A DNA stretch of 62,881 nucleotides from Seison nebaliae (lineage: Eukaryota): positions 1 to 62,881 of the forward strand of contig JALJEE010001958.1 of the NCBI GenBank assembly GCA_023231475.1, given 5' to 3'. The position numbers and the translations under genes were made by a program. Shown here in pieces: positions 53,301 to 62,881 of this stretch (its first letter is position 1; each line of letters starts with the position of its first letter). The notes under the pieces are model-generated. The model made no database searches, was not told the DNA's origin, and saw only the letters and a program-made list of their open reading frames with translations.

Positions 53301-56300
53301 GAACGGAAAGTTGTTGTTTGTTCATCGTCAATCGAATAATTATTGTGAAAAAAACAATTCATATGATGAAATGAATGACAAGAAATTATTGGAAATATTC
53401 CAAGAAGAATTAAAAGAGAAATATAACAAATCCATTTTTTCGACAGATGAATTTGCCGATGAGAATGATCAGAATGAAATCGAATGTGATCATTTGTTGT
53501 GGAGGAATACAAGACAAAATGATTTGAATATCGAAGAGAAATTGTTATTATATTGTTGTCATCTGTATAGTTTGATACATCGGAAGAAAATTCGAGTGAG
53601 AGATGTCAATAATTTCCACTCGAAAATTTGGTGGATTCATTCGAATTGTGCAATTTGGTCAACTTGTGCTCAAAGACAAACATTCGATTTAACGTCACAA
53701 TCAACTCCTCTTGTCAATTGGTATGAGAATCATTTACCATCAAAACGATTAACAATAATTTCATTGTTTGGAGAGATTATGAAGAAATCATTAATCTGTT
53801 CACATTGTGACTCGGTGAATGCCACTATTCAATGTGCTGGGCACAATTGTAAAAATCAATATCATTTCGTTTGCGCACATGAAGCTGGTGCTTTGTTCAC
53901 CATTAAATTAGGAATGAGTTCGAATGAGAAGAATTGGAACAGAAATCTTAATCATCCGTGGATGATCGGTAACGATAATGATGAATTGAAAGTGTATTGT
54001 AGTCGCCATATCAAACGAATGGCTATATGCAATTATGTTGTGACCTGTTTCCAGGTTGATGGTATTATTCAATTAGTAGAGAAACAAATACAAAACGATT
54101 TGATATTCAATTCGAAGAATTCTCTGATGAAATGTGGATCAATGACGATTAGAGATCTGGGTTATTTGCACAAAGACTTTTCTCTAATGCCAACAACTAG
54201 TGACAAAAGAAATGGTATTAATTCGAACCGATTTCAATTAATTCCAATCGACTACGAAATAAATCGTTTATTTTGGTCAATTGATGATCCGGATAGATTA
54301 TCGATGTATCGATGTTACACGAGAATTGTTGAAGAGAAAGATGATAACCATGTATATTTTGATAAAGAAGAAAATTTGACAGCGGAAATTCATAAGGTGA
54401 ATTCATTTGTGGAAAGTGAGAAATATCTGAAAATTTTAGATGATTTGACTGTCGATACTAAAGAAACATTAACGGAAGAAATCGATTGGTCATTGAAGAA
54501 TTTCTGTAAATTGATTAAATTGTTGAAAGAACATCCATTTTCATCGAAATCGTCGGAGGAGAATGAGAAAAAGGGACAAAGTAAAACTCCGAATGCAATC
54601 GATTCATTTCCATATCTGGTACATATGAACTACGCCAAGTATCATCAACATCAACAAAAAAACGACAGTACCATCCGAAATGATGATAATTCTTCTTCTT
54701 CCGATGAAGATGAAAGTATCGATGATGATGATGATATTGATGATGTTTGTCATGACAATAGTTTCTATAGTGGAGACGATGAATATGGAAATGACGAAAC
54801 AGAAGAAGAAATACAAGACGGTGAAGAAGAAGAATATGAAGAAGAATGGAGAGATGGACAACAAATGGAGAATGATAAAAGAATTAATAAATTGAAAATG
54901 ATAAATATTCAGAAGAGAAATAATGAATCAGAAGATCAAACACCATATATGATTCCTTCGACAAATCGTGTTTGTAATTATTGTGGGGAATATGAGTCGC
55001 TAGTTTGGCAAATTCGAAAAGAATTATGTTTATCGTTGAATCGTTTAGTTGATGCATTATTCCACTTTAACAAGAATATGAAACATTACAATTTAAGTTA
55101 TGTCTTTTATGACAATTTGTTGAGTAATCATTTATTCAATTTTCGAACGATACTCGATAATCAGTTTGACCATAAAAATGAAACGAATCTCAATTATCAT
55201 GGATTCAATTCAGTCGATAATTTAATTGTCATCGATTGGTATAATGTCGGTTATGAATACAAACATACTATCACTTCGAAAATCAATTATTATAATCGTC
55301 GATTGGAAGAGTGTCGACGTTTAGCTAGAGAGAATCAATCACTTCAAAGTCAATTCAACATTATCCATCGTGATCATTATTCGCAGGTTTTGAAAGTTTA
55401 CGAGAAAGAATTGAATTGCGTCCGGACGAGAATGGACGAACTACGAAATGATGAAATTTCCTTTCGAGCTTTAGCGAGTGAATTAAGGAAGAAATGTGTC
55501 AAACGATCAACTAAACCAGAACCGCCTCAACCGATAAAACGTCGTCGTATGGAAAATATTCCATATTTGGGTGTCTCCCAATTGGATGGACTGGATTTCC
55601 CATATTCTTCCATTAAGCCCATTAAACCATCAACAACTACTTCGATCTCTCACATTACAATATCTACACCAGGAATAATTTATTCGAAAAACAACACATC
55701 GTCAATCATATCTACCACCAGTTCACAATTATCCAATTCATTCAAATTATTAAAAAGCGTTCGTCATCAACCTTCCATTCAGAAACCATCCATCAATTTT
55801 AACTACCAGCAAAAAAATATTAAAACGGTGGAAAATTTTACAAATAATCCGAAATATAAAATTAACACTAATTTCGATTACACTTCTTTAAAATTGAATC
55901 AACCCAAACAAGAAAGTGGGCCCCCCAATATTTTAATAAATTTTCGTAGACTTACTACAACCGCGAATTCGATGCATAAAACTGAGTACGATGCAAAACC
56001 TAATCTTCCAACCAAACCGTCAGTATCTCAGTTTGTCGTCCCGCTGAAAAAAGAGTTCCAAGAAAATAAATCAACTGTAGAGAAAGTTCCTCTAAAGAAG
56101 GAAACTACTTCTTGTAAACCTCCTTCACTACTCACTGGTCCACTTAACTCATTTTCAGATGAAAAACCGTCAGAAAATTGGAATCTGATGAAGGAAGTCA
56201 GACCTTTACTTAATTCTACGCCCAATTATTTAAATTCGTCAATTCCATCAAACAAGAAATTAAATTATTTAAATTCATCAATTCCACCAATTACTAAATC

Positions 56301-58916
56301 GATGTATTTAAATTCATCCATTCCATCAAACAATAAATCAAATTATTTAAATTCATCAGTTGCACCAAATCAAACAATGAAACATGTTTTTCAAACACCA
56401 GTTGACAATCGAAGAAAAGCACCGAGAATGGATAATGCTAAACCGAGAATAGAGTTCCAACTCAATTCATATGATATATATTTGAAAAAGTTATATGAAT
56501 TAAAAGATTTATTTGGTCGATATGCACCTGATCAAGAAATAATCGATTTTCTCCAAAATTTATCATTGGCAGAAATGATATTTAGTATTTACCAATTGGG
56601 ACATACGAAAGAACGATGGGGATTTGTAAAGACAGCTGCTCAAAACAAATGTGCCCGAATAGGATTGTCATTAGAATATTGTTTCAATGAACTGGCCATT
56701 TTCCTTAAGAGACGCTCCCAACAACAAATTAATATTCCAAAACCATTATCAATACGAATGATACCGAGTAACTTGTCTAAATCAACAGTAAAAAAGGAAA
56801 TATTTAAAGTTCCTAGCATTCTCAAATCACCAGTCCAATGTGATAATTTATCTGATGATCAAGAATCAATTAATTCCGAATCGATATCATCAGAATATTG
56901 TCCACAGATGTTAAAGTGGCCGAATAGAATTAATGTGGGAAGGAAAGAAGCGAAAAAAATTCTTCAATATCTTTTTCCTCAGACGAAAGATATGTCTGTA
57001 ATTTTATCTCATCTTCTTTCAATGGACGAGAATGAAAGTGACTTATCAGATTTCCATCTAATAAAAGATATGTATGTCTCTCATTTTCCATTACAATCTT
57101 TCCGAAATATCAAAAGAGTACGACATTTATTGCAATATGAAGATCATACCAGATCCACAATATATTTGACGTTAAGTCATTTGAAGAGATTTCTCAAATT
57201 ATCCGACAATTTCGATTCTACCAATTTACTCAAATCGTTTCTTTTGCATAGATGTATCGTCGGATTACAAGAGGAAACTATTCCATCTTCTTTCTTCTCT
57301 TTAACCACAACCTCTTATAATTGGAATAAATTCATTGAATTAGATAGGAATAGTTTAATTGCTTTCCTTTCTCAACTTAACAACTCAATGAAGAACAAGA
57401 AGAGAAACGGGAAGAATCTATCGGGAAATCATTTCTTATTTAACGATTCAAAATTTTCAAAAGTTTTCTCAATAAATCGTCTCTCAAATAAGTGTGAGAT
57501 GAGAAGTAAATCAGAATATTCTTATGAAGAACTTGAGAAAATGTTGAGAGAGAATAATTATGAATTGAAGAGGTTAATGAATCGATTATATCTCATTTGT
57601 CAACATTCTCTTCAATTCGACGAGTTGAATATGAAGAAAAATTATGTTGAAATTTCGAGGAAGTTATCGAAGAAGAAACTTAAATTTTTTATCGAACATA
57701 TCGATTCAAAAACTACATATTCTTCAGATACACCATATGGAGTTTGGAAGAAAGTCTTTGATAGTATCCCACGACTCAAATCGTCAAGATGCGACGGATA
57801 TCGACTATTTGGATTGAATGAACCTGTTGTTCATTATTTCATTGAACAATTAGATAATATTAATCAATTTCCTTTTTATAATCGATTATCTTCTGATAAA
57901 TGGAATACCGAGAAAAAACATGAACATAATTTCGTATTTGACTATGAAAAAGAGAAAGTGGTGGAGGAACCTGATGATGGTAATTCAGCGAGAACTCGAT
58001 GTTTCAAAGATCATATGAGTGAATTGAAAAGTCGAGTAAAACCGACAGAAGTTGTTTGTCGATCAGAGAAACGGAATGAGGAGAAAGATCAATCAATTGA
58101 AAGTATTGGAGTTGAAGTGAAAGAAAAAGAAAAGAAAAATGAAATGGAAGAAATGACGGTCGTAGGAAGAGAAGAGGATTCGAATAATGCTTGTCATGTT
58201 TTAATTTCGAGAACAAAAGTTTCCAATCAAACTGAAAGAAATAAGAACAAAAATAGTCGATTTATTACGAATGTGTCGAGATACGATAAATTCTCTTGTT
58301 TCTCCACTTTATACCGTTCTCCCATTCTCGACATCTACATGAAGAAAATTAAAGAAAAGATTCTCATTAAATACGAGAAGATTTTGAAAGGCGATGGCCC
58401 CTTATCAATGAAATATCTTTATTTGCCTTATTTCTCGTTGAACGCGTTAAATGTTTATAAATCAAAAATTCATGGACGTGGACTTTTCACTTTGAGAGAT
58501 ATTAGTGTGGGACAACCTCTCATTGAATATGGAGGAACGGTAGTTCGTTACATATTGTGTGATGTTAAAGAGAGGGTTTATGATTCACAAGTTAATTTTA
58601 TTTTAATAATGTATTTTTTCTAATTTTCTCATTTCTGAAGGGTATCGGATGTTATATGTTTAGTATTGATAATCACGAAGCAATTGATGCCACTTTGGAA
58701 GGAAACCGAGCTCGATTCATTAATCATTCATGTGACCCAAATTGTGAATCTCGTATTTGCTTCGCCAATGGTTCTAATCATATCATAATCCTTGCCATGA
58801 AGAATATCAGAAAGGCAGAAGAACTGACTTATGACTATCAGTTCTCTATTGAAGCGAATAGTACGAAAATTCCTTGTTTGTGTGCTGCAAAGAATTGTCG
58901 ACAATTTTTAAATTAA
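44304..58916 (+). CDS. trx: Trithorax/KMT2A-B-like histone H3K4 methyltransferase (~4,800 aa), 3 coding exons
   Basis: AT-hooks (RRGRP, KRGRP), a C4 zinc-finger block, PHD fingers (the first split by intron 49998-50181, phase checked), an extended PHD (WIHSNCAIWS...YHFVCA), FYRN (PIDYEINRLFWS), a taspase-like QLD|GLD, FYRC (GYRLFGL), a WIN-like SART, and SET/post-SET (SKIHGRGLF, GIGCYMF, ARFINHSCDPNC, ELTYDY, CLCAAKNC). Second intron 58591-58640. Confidence 0.92.
56224..56370 (+). repeat. Coding 39-bp tandem repeat (about 3.7 copies) encoding NYLNSSIP-containing 13-aa units
   Basis: Units start at 56224, 56263, 56302 and 56341 and share tatttaaattc(a/g)tc. Confidence 0.85.
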
Positions 58917-59210
58917 CTTTTGTTTTCTTTAGAACATTAATCTACTAACTTCATTATATTTTACTCTTTTAATCATTTACAAATATATATATATCGTTTC
59001 AGTAATTAAAAAAAAATGTTTCTGCTCAAAACCCATTATACCATCTTACAATAATAATTACTTATTTTATAATTCCTACTTATCTAAATTCATCAATTGT
59101 GAATGTCAAATTTAAATGATTTATTCGATCTTTCAAGTCGGTAAGCAACATCTGCACATTTATCTGCAGGATTCCACTTTCCATTACTTCTATTATTTTT
59201 TTTTATTTAG

Positions 59211-59414
59211 GATGAATTGCCCAGTTTTGGCAAATTTGAATGAATTCAAATATAGAAAAAGAATTAAGATTTGAGATAATAAGATGGCCCAGTGACATGT
59301 ACGGAAAGAAAATGCCGGGAACGCAGTTATCGATTCAGAAATTGGACAATACGCATTCAGCTTCCTCCAAGGTGTTGGGAAGTGAAATATCGTAGTTGCA
59401 GAAAAGTTTATTAG
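59211..59414 (+). CDS. Candidate exons of a small cationic 4-Cys peptide (5' exon unresolved)
   Basis: Acceptor at 59210 and GTT-AG intron 59224-59283 give DELPNGPVTCTERKCRERSYRFRNWTIRIQLPPRCWEVKYRSCRKVY*. Confidence 0.35.
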
Positions 59415-59755
59415 AATTTATTTACTTAGGTAAATCAGAAACCTAATACATAATATCTAATACCTAATACCTAATCGAATACGCAAGCAGGAAGCTGCTT
59501 GACCCAGAGAAAAAATATACCATTAATCTAAGCAAAATATCTAAGAAAAGTATTAAATATTAAGGTTTGAAAATAAACATTGAAAATAGGTGAAAACAAA
59601 GTAGTAAGGACAAAGTAATGGACAACTTCTCCATTTTCTCTTAAGTCATAAAGGAAACGACAAATTTTCTGGAAAAGAAAAAATAAAACAGGGTTCTGAA
59701 AATAATAATAAAAAAAAGATTTATTTCCAAAAAATACTTTTAGTAATTGATTTTA

Positions 59756-60295
59756 TTAATTCATTAAATGGAAATAGTTTGCCATTAGAGAACCTTGTCG
59801 TCGTCTATCTTGTTGAAAGTTATGATTTCTTTTATCAACCAATATATTTTCATAGCAAATTAATTTATTTGGCATTTGAGTCTTTGGTTGTAATTGTGCT
59901 GAGTAGGAGTTCCCGTTTGCGGGACAATTAACCACAATTTGTTTTTCAGGTTCGTACATTTTAGGTGCGCTTGCCCATTCAATAGCCAGGTCATTTAGCA
60001 AAACACGTTCTCTTAAAATGTTATAAGCATATGACTTATAATTTTCAACTATTGTTTCTACAAAAAACTCAGTTATCATTCCCGGGTGCAGTTTTATACA
60101 AATTGCTTTAAAAATTGTGTCGTCAGCCATGTCCATGATTCTCATGTCTTGGTTAAGACATTTATCCCTAGCCCTGTTGTAATTTAACGTTGTTCCGTCG
60201 AGTAAATGATATTGAGTTTTATTTAAAATTAATTGGTTATCCGATTTAACCATTTTCGTCGCAAAATACCAAATTACAAGATAAGGCAGAATCAT
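59756..60295 (-). CDS. Secreted protein, divergent C-type-lectin-like fold (paralog 1)
   Basis: Signal peptide, Y.L......NY..A...C....M.I pattern and 4 Cys. Alignable to 60925-61452. Confidence 0.65.
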   Translation of the reverse strand: MILPYLVIWYFATKMVKSDNQLILNKTQYHLLDGTTLNYNRARDKCLNQDMRIMDMADDTIFKAICIKLHPGMITEFFVETIVENYKSYAYNILRERVLLNDLAIEWASAPKMYEPEKQIVVNCPANGNSYSAQLQPKTQMPNKLICYENILVDKRNHNFQQDRRRQGSLMANYFHLMN

Positions 60296-60924
60296 AATTG
60301 GGAAAAGATTGTTCTCATATATCGTAGAGAAATATCAGAAATTTATAAGTTATATCTTTAGATGTTGTTATGATTATTCCAACATTTATAAATGAAGGAC
60401 TTGCAATTCTCATATGTAATTAGTCTAAACGATAAACATGTTGAGGTAAGGAAATAAAATATAACTTTATTTGAATACTGATAATTGTACTAGAATACAT
60501 TTTATAAGTGCTAGAAAGGAAGATAATATTTATCCAATACTAATAATAGTAATTGATATTAGGTCATAAGTTGATGCTAATTCTTTTATCTTAATATCGT
60601 TAATATGTGTTAAGTGCAAATACAAAATATGACGATTTACATCATAACTCAATATATTAATATTACCCGATTGACAGTTGAGTGATCCATTGACAAAATT
60701 ACTAATGTAAACAGTTGATTAATTGGATTGACAAAATAAAATTGAATCTATATGACTAACTTGTTTCTAGATATTATGGTAAGAAGTGAAACAAAATTTT
60801 TAATTTATGGAAAGCAAATAGTTTGTTATGACATTAATGGTAATGCAAAGAAGAAGTTATGAAAGAGGTCAAGTCGTAGTTTATTCAATGATCAAAGAAC
60901 TGATGAAATATTGAAATATAATTG

Positions 60925-61452
60925 TCAATTCATTTTATTCACATAATTTCCAACTATTGAACCACGTCTTCTTTGAGTAACATCGAACTTTTTAGTTCTG
61001 TTTTTTAATTTGCTATAACAAATAAGCTTTGACCGTTCTAAATTACTGGGACTCACAAATGCTTCGTATTTTGTAGAGTAGTTGTTGTTACATACAATTG
61101 TAACTTTCTCGAGCTTTCTATTAATATTCGGCTCTCCAGGTTTCCAGTTCAATTTGGCATGTGTTAGGGTGGCTAGTTTGCCGAATCTGGTAACAAACAT
61201 TTCTAGAATGTCATTGAATTCTCTTGTTCTAACAGAGAATGTACCATGAGAAGTCATAAGGCACAGTTTTTTCAAAATTCTATCATTCACCTTATCTAAT
61301 AAGGCCATTCCATATTCTGCACAACCATTCGTGCCATCTTGGTAAGTAACTTGTCGATCTTCTATAAGATAATAATATTCATTTCCGTAATATTTTACTG
61401 ATGCAAGATGGACGAATTGAAATAAATCTAAAGATAATAGAACGAATAACAT
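60925..61452 (-). CDS. Secreted protein, divergent C-type-lectin-like fold (paralog 2)
   Basis: Signal peptide MLFVLLSLDLFQFVHL, YYLIEDRQVTYQDGTNGCAEYGMALL, KLICY, and a C-terminal RRRGS...NY...MN shared with paralog 1. Confidence 0.65.
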   Translation of the reverse strand: MLFVLLSLDLFQFVHLASVKYYGNEYYYLIEDRQVTYQDGTNGCAEYGMALLDKVNDRILKKLCLMTSHGTFSVRTREFNDILEMFVTRFGKLATLTHAKLNWKPGEPNINRKLEKVTIVCNNNYSTKYEAFVSPSNLERSKLICYSKLKNRTKKFDVTQRRRGSIVGNYVNKMN

Positions 61453-62522
61453 TTTTGTACTTATAAAGGATACTGTCAATTAAATGATATCTTTATTAGA
61501 AATGTTGAATAGGATAATACTGTGATTTCTCATCAGAATTTATAGTATATCTGAACTAAAAAAAAACCCACTCACAATATCGATTTTCATTCCAGAAGTT
61601 AATATTTGAATAAAACATTCCGTAACTTTAGTCGAAAATTATAGTTGTTAATATTAGCAAACGTAGGAGTATAATTTCCCTTATAAAACGTTTTTTTTTG
61701 ATAACACATATTTGAACACCCAAATTAAGGTTTATTTAATCCAGATTCTTATTATGAAAGAACGAAAATCACCTTTAAATTCTTGTTAAATTTATTACTC
61801 TTGGATTTTATCTATTACAATTGATAATGGTGAAACTTTCAAGTAAAATGAAGAATTAACCCAGTCTTTGAATGCAAGAGTAAATCGGTCAAATTTCTTT
61901 GCCAAACTGTATTATTAACCAGTTTTTTGAGCCTTTTTTGAATTGCAAAATTTGGAGCTACAGAATGAGTAAAGAAGAATTATACTTCAAAATCACCAAA
62001 ATTAAAATTCTTCTTAACTGCATTTTGATAATTGAGTTAATAAGTTTACTGGAACATTTCACATGACAATGGTCATGTCAGTGTCGAGATCTCGACAACA
62101 TGCGATCATCTTTTTGCCGAACGCATTTCTGCTTTCTCAATTGTGTGAAATTATTTCCTCTACGAACAAATATTTACCTATTTACTCTGCTGGTTCAACC
62201 ACTATTCGGATTAGATTCTATTACGGCGTATTGTAATAGGGCGTTTCTGATTGCAATTACTAATTTGATTCTTTTTCGTATCATATGTGGAAAGAGAATT
62301 ATTGACACAACAACATCATTACTCAACATCATTGGTCTAATCTCTCGCTCGCATTGTTCCCTTACTCCAAATTGGCATTGTTTTTCTTTCATTGCTCCCA
62401 ATTTGACATCCATGATCTAGTTTTTCAAAATATTCAGAATCTTAAAAAGATGATATGTAGCTATGTAATAAGTGAAAGAACTAGTTACATAGCCTATTAA
62501 ATACCAATTTGAACTATTTTTA

Positions 62523-62595
62523 GGTTCGGTGGTGTAGTGGTTATCACGTCTGCTTTACACGCAGAAGGTCACGAGTTCGATATTCGCTCGAACCT
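62523..62595 (+). tRNA. trnV-TAC: tRNA-Val(TAC), variant T-arm (possibly a pseudo-tRNA)
   Basis: Acceptor stem GGTTCGG/TCGAACC, D arm GTGTAGTGGTTATCAC, anticodon arm TCTGC-TTTACAC-GCAGA and T loop TTCGATA. TTTT lies 4 nt downstream. Confidence 0.85.
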
Positions 62596-62756
62596 TGATT
62601 TTGGGTTTGGAAAAATTGAATCTCAGAAATTAAAACAATAGAACTCTAAAGCAATCGAACACTTTTTAACTATTATAAAATAGGTCATAACTTCCAATTA
62701 AGTATTTTGAATAATGTTCCATAAATTCATTAATTAAGAGAAAGAGAGAAAAAAAA

Positions 62757-62881
62757 ATGAACGATCAAGGTACAGGTACAACTGATCAATTATGTCCGTC
62801 CGTACAGAAGAACAATCCTCAAACTGGCGGAAATGATTCTATTAACAAAAGACCAAGGGGAAGACCACCTGGTTCTAAGAA
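62757..62881 (+). CDS. 5' end of an AT-hook protein, truncated by the window
   Basis: MNDQGTGTTDQLCPSVQKNNPQTGGNDSINKRPRGRPPGSK contains a canonical RGRP AT-hook. Confidence 0.6.
   Translation, partial: MNDQGTGTTDQLCPSVQKNNPQTGGNDSINKRPRGRPPGSK

Noticed and set aside
44345..58216. Numerous short antisense or alternate-frame ORFs within trx (and likewise ABCA, UGDH, NCKX)
   Set aside because: Shadow ORFs of real coding sequence with biased composition and no motifs.
62061..62097. 16-bp perfect palindrome TGTCGAGATCTCGACA plus an adjacent small hairpin
   Set aside because: Isolated, with no terminal repeats, target-site duplication or second copy in the window.
62100..62420. Overlapping short ORFs on both strands upstream of the tRNA
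   Set aside because: No recognisable motif or convincing exon structure.

Overview
AT-rich, gene-dense animal genomic DNA read with the standard genetic code. It carries a neuropeptide precursor, a rhodopsin-class GPCR, trithorax and a motile-cilia gene, and its introns are very short (mostly about 39-72 nt). This profile suggests a compact invertebrate genome such as a seisonid/rotifer-like spiralian (inference only). Recognisable genes: Ric-8, an NCKX (SLC24) exchanger, a peptide-type GPCR, an ABCA transporter, Nup35/53, alpha-SNAP, UGDH, DRC7, an FxPRMamide neuropeptide precursor, a ~4,800-aa trithorax/KMT2A-like methyltransferase, two tandem secreted C-type-lectin-like paralogs, a variant tRNA-Val(TAC) and several orphan genes. 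The main unexplained signal is the splicing code. Of 47 introns I reconstructed by hand in 8 conserved genes, 43 begin GTT and none has the usual GTRAGT donor. Perfect GTAAGT/GTGAGT motifs sit unused inside conserved exons, and the 4 non-GTT donors all have an exonic -1 G. This points to a rewired 5' splice-site recognition system. All gene models are manual and lack transcript support.
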